A stretch of 64,000 nt of DNA from Longimicrobiales bacterium (GTDB lineage Bacteria; Gemmatimonadota; Gemmatimonadetes; Longimicrobiales; Gaopeijiaceae). Location of the stretch: NCBI GenBank assembly GCA_965218325.1, contig CBDCKR010000002.1, positions 2,339,869-2,403,868 on the forward strand. The letters run 5' to 3'. Below are positions 1 through 9,739 of the stretch, piece after piece (positions within the stretch are counted from its first letter, which is position 1; every line of letters starts with the position of its first letter). The position numbers and the translations under genes were made by a program. The notes beneath the pieces were generated by a model, which worked only from the letters and a program-made list of their open reading frames with translations, was not told the origin of the DNA and ran no database searches.

Positions 1-2
1 GA

Positions 3-239
3 AACCCAAGCGTTTGGGTGAAGGTTGAGGGATCTGGAAACGGCGGTTGGGGTATCTCGTTCGGTGCTTATCTGAATCGCAGCCAATCCAGTATCGGAAC
101 CTATCTGACGTGGCGAAGGGACTACCGCGAAAACGGCAGAATCTTTGCTGAGATCGTTGGTGCTTTGGACGGTAACGAGGAACTGGAAAGCGCGCTCGAC
201 GGATGGAAGCGTTGGTCCAACTCCACAGGACTGACCTGA
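3..239 (+). pseudogene. 3' end of unidentified gene entering from left edge, truncated by an IS3 fragment
   Basis: Frame is open from the window edge (..GNGGWGISFGAYLNRSQSSIGTYLTWRRDY..). Its TGA (237-239) lies inside the IS terminal repeat TGACCTGAC. Confidence 0.3.
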
Positions 240-424
240 CCCCCTGAAACGAGACCAGGTGCAATGTTAGGATCGACCTGGTCTGAAGCTTTTCAGCGAA
301 GAGGTCAGGATGGGAAAGAAGCGACACACTCCGGAGCAGATCATCACTGCACTGCGGGAGGCAGAGGTCAGTCTGGCCCGCGGCAAATCCGTGAAGCTGA
401 TCAGCCGGGAGCTCGGCATCACCG
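233..424 (+). mobile_element. ~190 bp left-end fragment of the IS3-family element found complete at 34912..36182 (inverted orientation)
   Basis: Near-identical to the reverse complement of 35990-36182, including terminus TGACCTGACCCCCTGAAACGAGACC and the first 38 orfA codons (MGKKRHTPEQIITALREAEV..LGIT). Homology stops at ~424. Confidence 0.85.
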
Positions 425-648
425 GCTCGAGCGAGCCCGACGCTGGGATCCGCGAGGAACTGGCCCGGATCGAGCGGGCGATCCTTCAGGGCGCGGTGCA
501 GATCCTGGAGGAGTTCGGAGGCCTGCAGGCCGCCATGAAGCGTAGCGTCGTGCTCGAGAAGCAGGTGCACCGCCAGCCCGAACCCGGGTCCATCCGGCGG
601 GCCAGCACCTGGCGGACGGTGCGTCTCGCGGGGGCGCGCTACCGATGA
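425..648 (+). pseudogene. Copy A of a conserved ~70-aa C-terminal coding fragment (family also at 11641..11862 and 19797..20126)
   Basis: IREELARIERAILQG..GGLQAAMKRSVVLEK..STWRTVRLAG aligns with EIVRIEQAIRAKDDRVLKEYGDLQACLKRIVELK..ATWRSRRLPGG. It is fused in frame to the IS3 orfA fragment. Confidence 0.5.
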
Positions 649-946
649 CCGGCGCGCGACTTACGGCCGCACTGGAGTGCGCAAACGACGCGGGGGGCCG
701 ATGCGCACTTTGGCCCTCCGGCGATGCGCACGCGTTTTTACGGAGTAAGCCACGACACGGCCACGTCTTGCGCCCTTCGCGGCCGGGTCGGTCAGCGCCG
801 CACGGGCAGCACTGACCGGGACGGGAGCGACCCCCCAGTCCGAGGGCCTGGTACGGGCGCGGGGCCGAGTGTGTTTTCACACCCTCGGCCCCTGCCCTCC
901 AGGGGTCGCTCCCGGTCCAGGTATCCCTTTCGGGAAGGCAAACGCC
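649..946 (+). repeat. Structured repeat copy A (candidate ncRNA or recombination site)
   Basis: Outer stem GGGAGCGACCCC (823-834) / GGGGTCGCTCCC (902-913) encloses hairpin GGGGCCGAG.GTGTG-TTTT-CACACCCTCGGCCCC. Followed by TCCAGGTATCCCTTTCGGGAAGGC. Same architecture as copies B and C. Confidence 0.5.
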
Positions 947-1450
947 ACGGCAGTCCTCGCGGCCTTGGCAAACGAGGTCTCCCTCCGGGCGTCCATGGCG
1001 GTGCTCCGGGCCGGGCAGGAGTCCCGCCCGATGTGCAGGGGGTTCCTGGTTACCCCAGCTTAGTCGCTCGCGCTACATTCTAATCCGTTCGCTGGCTGAA
1101 ACACCGGCAGAGCAATCTTGCCTGCTTCCACGTTCGCCAGGATGATCTCGACCTTCATTTCGTTGGCTCTTCCCTCCGTACCCTCATCAGCAACGTTTGC
1201 GTTGCTGGTCAGAAATACCGTATTGGCACATTGCGATGCCGTCGGGAGGGGGCGTCCATTCCATCGGAGTAGGCACCGGCGAGTAGGCGGCGATCATCTT
1301 TGATCGCCAGTCCGGACGGCCTCCTCGTGGGGCACCCTCTGCTTACGGACGATCTCAAGGATCGCGGCCTGTCGCCGGCGCTTGCCCCCGGAGGTCACCG
1401 GTTACCGTCTCCCGCGTGCTTCGGGCACAGCGCAGGCGGTTGTTCTCCCG

Positions 1451-4114
1451 TCAGAAGTCGTACCGCACCCGAAACAGGAGCAGCCTGCCGACTTCCGGAG
1501 CTCCCACAAACTCGCGGTGCAGATTGTTGAGGATGTTGTTCGCGGTGAGCGACACCTGGGTGCTCGGCTGGAAGGGCAGCCGATAGCCAAGGCCCGCGTC
1601 CACAATCGCGTAACCGTCCACATTGCCGATGTAGACGCCGGAATTTATGGGGAAGCCGTCGGTGACCCGGACCCGCCCCTGCACCGAAAAGCCGGAGGCC
1701 TGGTCGTCGAAGGTGAGCCCCAGGGACCCCTTGTGGCTCGGTGCGTTCAGCGCGATGTCGTTGGTGCTGGTGCAGTCGCCGTCCTCGTTGAAGTCGAAGC
1801 ACTCGTCGCTCTGGTGGGAGTAGTTTGCGGTGATGCTCAAACGGTCGGAGGCCAAGATTTCGGCGGACAGATCGACGCCGAAGAAGTCGACTTCACCGAA
1901 GTTGCGGTAGGTGACGAGAAGGTCGCCGTTGTCCACCTGATCGGGCACCACGGTCCCCAGTGGAAGGGCGGCCGCCGTTCCCACGATCGTGGCAACGTCC
2001 TGGGCCGACAACAGTCCCGCCTGGATGAGTGGCGCCAGGCGCCCGGTGACGAAGGCCTGAAGGCTCGCCGGGTCGAAGAAGACGTTGGGAGTGATGACCC
2101 GAAGCGGACCGACGAAGTTCTCGACGCGTGAGTAGTAGGCGTCCGCGGCCAGCAGGACCCGGTCTCCGAGCAGCCCCTTGTATCCCACTTCGAAGGTGTT
2201 GTTGATGGTCGAGGTGAGGTCCGCGATGCCGTCGATGGCCGTTTCGCCGTCCGGGAAGGGATTGCCGCCGGTCGCGGCCGCGGCCTGGTCGAGGGTGCGG
2301 AAGACGGTCCCGATCGCCGGATCCCCGGGCAACGCACCCGGCATCTTCAGGAAGTCGACGACCAGGGCCAGCCTGGGGTCGAGGCTCGGGAGGAGCGCAA
2401 GGATGCCCTCCCACAGGACCAGCGCGTTCGCGGGGATCTGCCCTGGGGCGAAGGGCGAGCGCATGCAGTAACCCATGTGCCCCCCGGGGCACTGGGCCGA
2501 GAAGGTAAAGCCGCCGTCGGGTACGCCCAGGGCGCGAATGTTGTAGCTGAGGGGCAGCGGATCGAGTGGTATCTGCGCCGCCACGATGTCCAGGAAGAGG
2601 TTGGTCGACGTCGGGGTGGCAAAGGCGCGGTTGAAGGTCAGGCGGAAGTTCTGGGTCTCGGTGGGCTTGAAGACGAACGCCGCTCGGGGCGAGATGTTCA
2701 CGTCCGTGAGGCGGTCGTGGTCGTCGACGCGGATCGCCGCCACGAGGTCGACCTTGTCGCCGAGGGAGGTCTCGGAGTGAAGGTACGTCCCTATCTCGGT
2801 GATGATGTCGTCGTCCTCGTTGCGCCCGAAGATCGTGCCCCCGCTGCGCGGCTCGGTCCTCTGCCAGTCGACGCCGTAGGTGAAACTCTGCCAGGAGCCC
2901 AGGTCGAAACCGTACTGGAACTGCAAAGCCATCGTGCGCGACTGGTCGACGACGGGATCGTTGGTGCGGAGCAGGAAGGTCCCTTCGTCGGCATCGGTCT
3001 GGTTCAGGAATGCCTGAGCGAAGAGCCTGCCTTTGGAAAGCCGGACCTGCCCGTAGTTGTAGCCCCAACCATCCACCTGGCTGGCGCCGATGCCGGTCAT
3101 CTCTACCCCGCTGCCGATCGTGGACGTCCCGCCGTTAATGACCAGATCGCCGTCGTCGCCAAAACGGAAGTCCATGCGGGCGTCCGCGCTGTACCGCTCG
3201 ACGGAGTAGTCCCTGCCTACGACTTCCAGGGGATCGACGTATTCCCAATCGTTACCCCGCGCGTACTGGCCGGAGAACTTGAGGCCGAAGCGGTCGGAAA
3301 CCGAGTGAGCGCTTCGGAACTGACCGTGGAAGAACGAACGTTCTCCACCAGCCAGCGAGATCGAGGTGCCCGGCTTGTCGATCGGCGAGGGCGTGATCAT
3401 GTGCATGACCCCGTTCGCCGCGTTGGGTCCATAGAGGGCCGCGCCCGGCCCCAGAGAGACTTCGATCCGGTCGATGTCAAGGTCGTTCGTCGGGAACATC
3501 GAGTACGCATTGAACCGCAGAGACGGGATGCGGGCGTACCGGTTGTCGATGATTGTGAGTAGCGCACCCGAGAAGACGTTGTTGAAACCGCGCGCGACGA
3601 GGGTCCCCGAACCGATCCCCGTCTGGGCGGCATCGATGCCGGCTACGGTTCTCACGTGGTCGGCGACGGTGGTGGCTGCGGTTCTGGCGATTTCCGAGGA
3701 GGACACGGTCGCGATCGAGGCCGGGGCGTCCAGCGCCTTTTCCTGGCGCCGCGAGGCCGTAATCACGATGGGGTTGAGGACAAGGGCCTGCGAGCGCATG
3801 GTGATCATCACCTCCGTGCTCTCCCCGGCTCCTACGCTGACCCTGTCGACGCGCGTCGTCTCGTGACCAATGAATGTGACGACCACCGAGTGGGTGCCGG
3901 GGGCCACCGCAAGCGTGAACCGGCCGGCGTCGTTCGTGCCCTGCGGCCCACCCTGTCCGAGCGCCTCGACGGCGGCACCCGAAAGGGATTCTCCCGTCTC
4001 GGCATCGGTCACCTGACCGGTGATGGTGCCCTGCTGCGCCTGGACCGGAGCGGCCCACACGGTGGCCGCCACTGCGAGTCCCAAGAGTCCGGACAACCTT
4101 GCTCTCGAATCCAT
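1451..4114 (-). CDS. TonB-dependent outer-membrane receptor with N-terminal carboxypeptidase-regulatory-like domain
   Basis: Signal peptide MDSRARLSGLLGLAVAATVWAAPVQAQQ; CarbopepD_reg-like TITGQVTDAETGESLSGAAVE; plug region (DAPASIATVS..RGFNN..); long beta-barrel ending ..LLLFRVRYDF. Start set at the ATG at 4114 inside the longer ORF. Confidence 0.9.
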   Translation of the reverse strand: MDSRARLSGLLGLAVAATVWAAPVQAQQGTITGQVTDAETGESLSGAAVEALGQGGPQGTNDAGRFTLAVAPGTHSVVVTFIGHETTRVDRVSVGAGESTEVMITMRSQALVLNPIVITASRRQEKALDAPASIATVSSSEIARTAATTVADHVRTVAGIDAAQTGIGSGTLVARGFNNVFSGALLTIIDNRYARIPSLRFNAYSMFPTNDLDIDRIEVSLGPGAALYGPNAANGVMHMITPSPIDKPGTSISLAGGERSFFHGQFRSAHSVSDRFGLKFSGQYARGNDWEYVDPLEVVGRDYSVERYSADARMDFRFGDDGDLVINGGTSTIGSGVEMTGIGASQVDGWGYNYGQVRLSKGRLFAQAFLNQTDADEGTFLLRTNDPVVDQSRTMALQFQYGFDLGSWQSFTYGVDWQRTEPRSGGTIFGRNEDDDIITEIGTYLHSETSLGDKVDLVAAIRVDDHDRLTDVNISPRAAFVFKPTETQNFRLTFNRAFATPTSTNLFLDIVAAQIPLDPLPLSYNIRALGVPDGGFTFSAQCPGGHMGYCMRSPFAPGQIPANALVLWEGILALLPSLDPRLALVVDFLKMPGALPGDPAIGTVFRTLDQAAAATGGNPFPDGETAIDGIADLTSTINNTFEVGYKGLLGDRVLLAADAYYSRVENFVGPLRVITPNVFFDPASLQAFVTGRLAPLIQAGLLSAQDVATIVGTAAALPLGTVVPDQVDNGDLLVTYRNFGEVDFFGVDLSAEILASDRLSITANYSHQSDECFDFNEDGDCTSTNDIALNAPSHKGSLGLTFDDQASGFSVQGRVRVTDGFPINSGVYIGNVDGYAIVDAGLGYRLPFQPSTQVSLTANNILNNLHREFVGAPEVGRLLLFRVRYDF

Positions 4115-4257
4115 GAAACCCCATCGCCTTGGGAATGAACTTCCCGTCGTAGACCACTTCCGCCGGTTGCGGTGCCAACTGCCCCAATATTGGGGCTTGC
4201 CGCAGCGGAAAGGTAATCTCGGACCGGGGGGGTGGCAGGAGCAAGGCAAGTTCACCG

Positions 4258-4592
4258 GGCAAGCTGATGACCTACGTCGGGCTGGTGCCAAGCGAGGAGT
4301 CGAGCGGGGGCATGAGGCGGCAGGGCTCGATCACGAAGGTGGGTTACAGCTGGGTCCGGCATGTGGTGCCGCAGTCGCCTGGAGCTACCGCTTCCGCATC
4401 GGCAACGGGCCGGTGCTGGAGCGTCGCCAGGAGGGCCAGCCGCCGGATGCCGTCGTCCAGAGCTGGAAGGCGCAGCACGGGCTCCACCAGATGTTCAAGC
4501 GGCTGGCGTTGAGAAAGAACAGCCAGATCGGGGCCGTGACGATGGCACGGGAACCGGTCGGATTCGCCTGGGCGCCGCCTGAGCAAGCATAG
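4258..4592 (+). pseudogene. IS110-family transposase C-terminal remnant (frameshifted)
   Basis: LMTYVGLVPSEESSGGMRRQGSITKVG.., then in another frame AAVAWSYRFR..RRQEGQPPDAVVQSWKAQHGLHQMFKRLALRKNSQIGAVTMAREPVGFAW. This is typical of the IS110 Transposase_20 region. Confidence 0.6.
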
Positions 4593-4644
4593 ACCCTACC
4601 GCTTCCGCCGACTTGCGGTACGTCCGTTCTACGAGCCAGCACGG

Positions 4645-4836
4645 TCAATGCCGCTTCTCCTCGAAGCATTCACGGCAGAGAAGGTGCTTGTTGCCGACCT
4701 CGTCGGCCCCGCCCTTGTGCAGCGGCTTGATATACTCGACCACCCATCCATCCAGAACTCGAACGTCCTGCTGCACCTGCCCGCCAGGAAGGGCGGATGC
4801 GGCGTGTGGCAGATACCGGGCCGGGTGCACTGACAT
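4645..4836 (-). CDS. Small ORF with degenerate HNH-like C-terminus
   Basis: ..EYIKPLHKGGADEVGNKHLLCRECFEEKRH resembles the DHIxPxxxGG..N.xxLC..CH..K motif, but D-H is replaced by E-Y. Confidence 0.2.
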   Translation of the reverse strand: MSVHPARYLPHAASALPGGQVQQDVRVLDGWVVEYIKPLHKGGADEVGNKHLLCRECFEEKRH

Positions 4837-5040
4837 CGTCCCGTCGGCCGGTCGAACACCTCGCGGCGGTCGCTGAGCTCCCTCGGAAATGTCCCCATCG
4901 CCTGCTCCCCTCACCGACTATCGGGGCGGAACAGAGTGCGGGATGGCACGCGGCCACGCAAGGCCGTGGGAGTGCTAAGGGTACCGGACCGGTTTTCACC
5001 CGTTCGCATGGGAGAGCAGCTTACCCAATGTGCAACATTC

Positions 5041-5125
5041 GGGGCTGGCAAGGGGTGGCTCCGCCCCCTTCGATCCCCCGGACGCCCGCGCTCCGGCGGA
5101 GTTCGCGGGCGGGGGGCTCGCCCCC
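5041..5125 (-). repeat. GC-rich REP-like repeat, copy a (reverse orientation)
   Basis: GGGGCTGGCAAGGGGTGGCTCCGCCCCCTTCGATCCCCCGGACGCCCGCGCTCCGGCGG is the reverse complement of the core shared by 7941..8037 and 12346..12438. Confidence 0.7.
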
Positions 5126-5263
5126 CGTCCCTCTTGCCGGTGCGTCCTGAGTCGCGCGCCACACGAAGGACATATGGCGGCAGGCAGCTGCTGGGGTCGG
5201 TTGAGGGGACGCGGACTAGGAGAGGCCGCTAGTACACCGGTACAGAAGTTCGATGACGTATAC

Positions 5264-6139
5264 TCATGCGGCATGGTCAAGTGAGGGCGTCGCGGACCCG
5301 GGCGTGCGGGCCATGAGACGGGTGAGGTCCTGTCGGGTGAACTTCCATTGGAAGGGGGAGGCGATCTGCTGGTAGTGCTGCTGAAAGCCGAGGATACGGT
5401 CGGCGACCTCGTCTTGGGAAGTGAAGTGAGCGGGCGTAAGGGCCTTGCGCTGCAGGATCGAGAAGTAGATCTCGATCTGGTTGATCCAGCTCGCGTGCGT
5501 GGGCAGGTGCACCAGGGTGAGATTGTGGAACTGTGCCTGGAGACGGTCGGCGGCACGCTGGCCGCGGTGGATGGTGCCGCCGTCGACGATCCAGAAGACG
5601 CGCTTGGCCGAATGATAGGGTTCTCGGGCCATCACTTTGGCGACGAGCGCGTCGAAGGCGACGATGGAGATCTTGCTGACGACTTCGCCGAAGAGCCGGG
5701 CGCGGTGCACGTCCCAGGCGGCGATGTACGCACAGACGCCATGACGCCGGTACTCGTGCTCGACGCGAGTGACGCGGCCCGGGGCCGGTGGGGTGATCGG
5801 GTGAAGCCGACTCCGGATCGGGATCTGCGTCTTCTCGTCGGCACTGATGACGAATTCGCCCCCGGTGAGCGCACGGCCGTTCCAGCGCCGGTGGTAGAGG
5901 TCGAGGACGCGTCCCGCCTTGGTCGCGAACTCCGGATCGCGCGGGAAGATCCAACTCCGCCGACTCCAGGGACGCAGCGCATCCTCATGCAGCCACCGCC
6001 AGATGGTGACCCCGCTGATGTTGGCGACGATCCCCGCGGCCAGCACATGGCGGCGCAGCTCCGAGCGACTGAAGCGCGACAAGGGCAGCCCCAGCTTGGC
6101 GGGGAGTTCACACGCCAGGGCCTTCACTTCAGCGACCAC
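5264..6139 (-). CDS. IS630 transposase orf2 (DDE domain)
   Basis: ..FVISADEKTQIPI..EYRRHGVCAYIAAWDV..VFWIVDGGTIHRG..LVHLPTHASWINQIEIYFS.. Confidence 0.85.
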   Translation of the reverse strand: MVAEVKALACELPAKLGLPLSRFSRSELRRHVLAAGIVANISGVTIWRWLHEDALRPWSRRSWIFPRDPEFATKAGRVLDLYHRRWNGRALTGGEFVISADEKTQIPIRSRLHPITPPAPGRVTRVEHEYRRHGVCAYIAAWDVHRARLFGEVVSKISIVAFDALVAKVMAREPYHSAKRVFWIVDGGTIHRGQRAADRLQAQFHNLTLVHLPTHASWINQIEIYFSILQRKALTPAHFTSQDEVADRILGFQQHYQQIASPFQWKFTRQDLTRLMARTPGSATPSLDHAA

Positions 6140-6416
6140 CCGAGGGGGAAAAGGCCAGCGGGCGACCGCCGCGCGACCGGTCCTCGAGTCCCGCGAGTCG
6201 TTCGAGGAAGAAGCGCTTTCGCCACTTGCTCACGACAGGCCGGGGCATGTCGAGGCGCTCTCCGATCTCCTTGTTCTCGAGTCCCTCGGCGGCCAGCAGC
6301 ACGATCTTGGCGCGCATCACGTCACGGTACGGTAACGTATATCGACGGGTTCTGGCCTCCAGCACACTATGCTCCTTGGGGGTCAACGCGATGACGTACG
6401 GGCTGGATCTGGGCAT
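6129..6416 (-). CDS. IS630 transposase orf1 (HTH)
   Basis: ..RAKIVLLAAEGLENKEIGERLDMPRPVVSKWRKRFFLERLAGLEDRSRGGRP. Overlaps orf2 by 11 nt (frameshift-type arrangement). Confidence 0.85.
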   Translation of the reverse strand: MPRSSPYVIALTPKEHSVLEARTRRYTLPYRDVMRAKIVLLAAEGLENKEIGERLDMPRPVVSKWRKRFFLERLAGLEDRSRGGRPLAFSPSGGR

Positions 6417-6688
6417 TTCTCGCCTCCTTGGTCAGATCCAAAGATGGCGACTCACGCCCGCAAGTGCCAGTCTATATATACGTCATTGTATTTATGTCCA
6501 CGTGTACTAGAGGTCTCGTCGGCCAAATCAATGGGGAACTCGCCGAGGACACACGAGCAAAGTCTGCGCTCCGAACAGCCCTGCAGGCTCACCGTGGAAA
6601 ACCAGGCAATGTTGATCCCAAAGCGCTGGCCGCGTAGTGGTCGGACCGCACCGACGCGGCGCATGTCAATATCCGTCGGGACGATCCC

Positions 6689-7549
6689 TCAATCGCTGAG
6701 CAACAGGTACTTCAAGCCGAGCATCATAGACCAGGGATTTATGCGACTGATTTCGGTGTCGTTCATTATAGGAAGCGGATGCACCTCGTAAGGACTCGTG
6801 TCCTCAAGGTCGTCGACCCAGCTGTAGGACGCCTTCAGGCCGAGCAGGAGCTTGTCGCCCAAACGATAGTCGGCACCGGCAAAGAGCTGCTTCGCAAGCC
6901 CGCTGTCGGACAGATCGACGTCCTGTCGGCTGTTGTACTCCGCCGCGGGACGACCATCGCACGGCGGATTGATGCAGGAATATTCGCTGCTGAAATACAG
7001 CCCGGACAATTCGATGAAGGACAGGCCCAGTCCGGCGCCCAAGTAAGGCATGATCCGGTTTTCTGCGAACGCGAAGTCGTGATAGGCGTTCAGGGACAGC
7101 GTGCGCGCGGCCAAGGCATCGACCCTGGTGGTGTTGGTCGACGTATAGTTGCTGTTTTCGTTAGGCAGGATCGGAGATCCATCGAGAAAGGTAATGTCGG
7201 TGAACTCTTGCTCGACGTTGTTCGATCGCTGGGAGACCGACACCTCCAGGCGCACCTCGCCGAAATTTCGACCGAAGGCGACTTCAAAGGCAGTACCGAG
7301 ATCCGAGGGAAGGTCGTAAAACCAGCGGTAGCCATCGGGCGTGCCGCTGCAAAGGTCATTCGGGTAACAGATATTGTCCCGGTTATGGCCCGCCTGCTTC
7401 ATGACGGGATTCCAGTTCGTCCCGCCGCTCGCGCTCACGTACCACCCGTAAGACCCCGGCTGTTGACCCGCACCTTGTTCCGCTTGGCCGAGCAGGGTGC
7501 AGATCGCAAGCGTGGCTCCGAAGGCGTGTAACTGCCAGGACAAAGGCAT
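6689..7549 (-). CDS. Outer-membrane beta-barrel protein (OmpA-like/opacity-type barrel)
   Basis: AGGTG RBS plus ATG at 7549. Signal peptide MPLSWQLHAFGATLAICTLLGQA. Alternating beta-strand pattern. C-terminal ..MMLGLKYLL. Confidence 0.7.
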   Translation of the reverse strand: MPLSWQLHAFGATLAICTLLGQAEQGAGQQPGSYGWYVSASGGTNWNPVMKQAGHNRDNICYPNDLCSGTPDGYRWFYDLPSDLGTAFEVAFGRNFGEVRLEVSVSQRSNNVEQEFTDITFLDGSPILPNENSNYTSTNTTRVDALAARTLSLNAYHDFAFAENRIMPYLGAGLGLSFIELSGLYFSSEYSCINPPCDGRPAAEYNSRQDVDLSDSGLAKQLFAGADYRLGDKLLLGLKASYSWVDDLEDTSPYEVHPLPIMNDTEISRINPWSMMLGLKYLLLSD

Positions 7550-7940
7550 TTGAGTCACCTCCAGTTGAGTCCGATGGCCTTCGTTTGAGGATACCACCTC
7601 CCAAGGACCCCGATCAACGGATCCCACACTATCGAGCCGATAACGGGAGATTCCAATCGCCCCACGCGGGGGGTAGCCCGGGGAATGACCCGCCTCCGAG
7701 TGGCAGATTCATGTTGACGAGCACATGGCTGATCCCCACCACGGCGGCGGCGCTGGCAAGGCCGAGCTGGTCTTGGCTCCTCCCCTAGACTAGGGGAGGG
7801 AGCTCAGGAGTTGATTCAGGGCATCCTGGAGGAAGCGGAGAGCGGCACGCCAGCGACCGCGGCCTTGGCCCGCCAGTCGGTGAGCTCAGCCGGCGATCCG
7901 TGGGCGGAGGCGGTGACCGTGCGGCGATCAGCCGTCAGGA

Positions 7941-8037
7941 CGCGCTCCGCCGGAGGGCGGACCTCCGGGGGATCGAAGGGGGCGGAGCACCCTCGCTAGC
8001 CCCTGCCGGGGACCCGCGAAGCGTGGCCCCAAAGGGT
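7941..8037 (+). repeat. GC-rich REP-like repeat, copy b
   Basis: ..CTCCGCCGGAGGGCGGACCTCCGGGGGATCGAAGGGGGCGGAGCACCCTCGCTAGCCCCTGCCGGGGACCCGCGAAGCGTGGCCCCAAAGGGTA. About 90% identical to 12346..12438. Confidence 0.75.
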
Positions 8038-8058
8038 AAGCGGAACACGGGTGGCGCG

Positions 8059-8156
8059 AATCACGGCAGAATATCGTCTAAAGTCAACCAGGACTGCACG
8101 ATCTGCGTTTCTTGCCGTTCGACCATACCTGAGTCCACCGCACTGGAATGGCGGGG
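8059..8156 (-). repeat. Hairpin repeat family, copy 1
   Basis: AATCACGGCAGAATATCGTCTAAAGTCAACCAGGACTGCACGATCTGCGTTTCTTGCCGT plus ~40 nt of subterminal homology. Arms ACGGCA..GATCG / CGATC..TTGCCGT can pair. Confidence 0.7.
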
Positions 8157-8511
8157 AAATCGCATCAAATCGCGGGAACCCCGGTCGGCTCGAACTGCTA
8201 ACGGTACCTGCCCCGGGCCGCCTCCCTCCGTTTAACGATTCGGGGGGCCGACCACGCGTCCTTCCAGGCCCTTGCCGTCCTCCGAAGTCACGGCATCATA
8301 GGCGATGTGGTCTGCTCCCACAGCCCGCTGCCGGATCTCTTCGGCCAGAATGATCGCGGCCGCCATTCGTGTTGCTATTAGTCCGACCGGCTCGGAGCGA
8401 AAGCGAGTGCCAATTGCCTCCCGTTGGCAACCACTAACTGATGACACGGTGCCTTTCTTCGTGCCTGAGTGAATTCTCCAACACATACACCTCGACATGT
8501 CGCCTATAGGC

Positions 8512-8946
8512 CGCGTAACCGAGGCCTCCCCGTAGCTCACGCCGTCCGCCTCAAGCTCGACCAGCGCCTCCCCCAGCCGGTCGGACTCGGTCGCGGCGGC
8601 GGAGTCGACCATCGCGGCCGCCGTGCCCTCGGTCTCCTGCACGTGCGCCATCATCGAGTAGCGCCTAGCGAAATAGTGGCGCTGCGCGCCACGGATCCGG
8701 CGCCGGGCCGCCTCCATCGCCCACGGACGCCACTCGAGCGACACCGTCATCGCCGCGTCCAGGCAGTAGAGCTCCCGGAGCAGGTTCGCATGCGCCTGCC
8801 CGGGCGGAGAGAGGAGCGAGTACAGGATCACTGGCTCCCCGTCGAGGCGGAGGTGAGAGCGCTCGGCCTCGAGTTCCGAGAGGGCCAGCCGCCAGTTCAT
8901 CCCGCTCCCCGTCGCGCCGTCCCACACCGTGCCCGGGCGGTTGATC
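8512..8946 (-). pseudogene. trbE: trbE/virB4 internal fragment (continues the 5' fragment at 22026..22643)
   Basis: ..INRPGTVWDGATGSGMNWRLALSELEAERSHLRLDGEPVILYSLLSPPGQ..SLEWRPWAMEAARRRIRGAQRHYF.. matches the TrbE/VirB4 N-terminal region. Homology ends at an AT-richer junction at ~8510. Confidence 0.65.
8938..8946. repeat. 9-bp direct repeat CGGTTGATC (left copy) flanking the 13 kb insertion in trbE
   Basis: Identical 9-mer at 22026..22034. Joining the two copies restores a continuous TrbE reading frame (..LLSELINR|PGTVWDG..). Confidence 0.7.
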
Positions 8947-9222
8947 TGCTGTCTGTCCTGTCCCTATGTCATCATAAGTATATGATCTATAGTGAGTTAT
9001 GGATGCAGTAGTTTCTGGTCCGACTCGTTTCTATCGTATGTGATCCCGTATAATTAGCGGGCGATTACACGGGAGCTTACGGTACGTTCGCGGAACCCGT
9101 GACGAGTGGACCGTAGCGGAGGTTCCCGGAGGAGGCGAAGGAGCGAACCTTGCGGGAGGGCGGGTTGTCGATGGCCCCTGTCCTCTCGCATTGCGAACGA
9201 TTCAGATGGTTATCGTCTCAGA

Positions 9223-9450
9223 TCACTCGGCACTGCTACGGCTCGCGGCGATCTGTTCTCGGATCCACGCATCCACCTCGGACTCGATCCAGCCGACGGC
9301 GCGCGCGCCTAGCCGGATCGGTTGGGGAAAGCTCCCGTCGGCCACCCGCACGTAGATCGTGCTCCGCGCCAGCCCGGTGCGGGCCTGCACTCGAGGTAAC
9401 CTCAGGACGCGCGCGGGCGCGTCCATGCCCTGTTCCATTGCTCTCGTCAT
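9223..9450 (-). CDS. alpA: AlpA-family transcriptional regulator / excisionase
   Basis: GGAGG RBS plus ATG at 9450. ..VLRLPRVQARTGLARSTIYVRVADGSFPQPIRLGARAVGWIESEVDAWI.. is the classic AlpA/MerR-like HTH. Confidence 0.8.
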   Translation of the reverse strand: MTRAMEQGMDAPARVLRLPRVQARTGLARSTIYVRVADGSFPQPIRLGARAVGWIESEVDAWIREQIAASRSSAE

Positions 9451-9739
9451 CGGTCTGCCTCCGTTCTGTTCGGTGAAGAATTCCGGGGCGCGTTGCCCCG
9501 GGGGAGGGAACAGGGGCCACATGGGCCCGGCGGCAGGCTTCGATGAACACGGGGACCTGACAGGCCATCGCCAGTCTCGGGGGAGCGGCCAGGACGGAGC
9601 TGACGCACCGGGTTGGGATCTCCCACCGCCTGCAGGCCGAACGTCGACGGCTTCACGCCCGTGCGCTCGAGGGTTGCATCCACTCGCGATTCGAAGTGCC
9701 TCGTCAGCGTCTCCATGGCAGTTGGGGTCGAGACCCGGC

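Larger units (their letters stand above)
5232..6507 (-). mobile_element. IS630-family insertion sequence, apparently intact, flanked by TA
   Basis: Terminal inverted repeats GTACACCGGTACAGAAGTTCGATGACGTATA (5232-) and its imperfect complement ending GTGTAC (6507). TA at 5230-5231 and 6508-6509. Two overlapping transposase ORFs. Confidence 0.85.

Noticed and set aside
1893-3068. Long ORFs antisense to, or overlapping, recognised genes. Examples: 1893..3068, 2477..3562, 5348..6394, 9696..10958, 14148..15197, 20622..21911, 42205..43257, 59440..60723, 60745..62265.
   Set aside because: At ~65% GC, stop codons are rare in all frames. These ORFs are Arg/Pro/Gly-rich, lack motifs, and lie opposite ORFs with clear domain signatures.
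4664-4700. A fifth, internally deleted copy of the hairpin repeat (ATTCACGGCAG...GCTTGTTGCCGACC)
   Set aside because: Only ~11 + 12 nt match. It lies inside a coding-looking stretch (..GNKHLLCRECF..), so it is compatible with chance.
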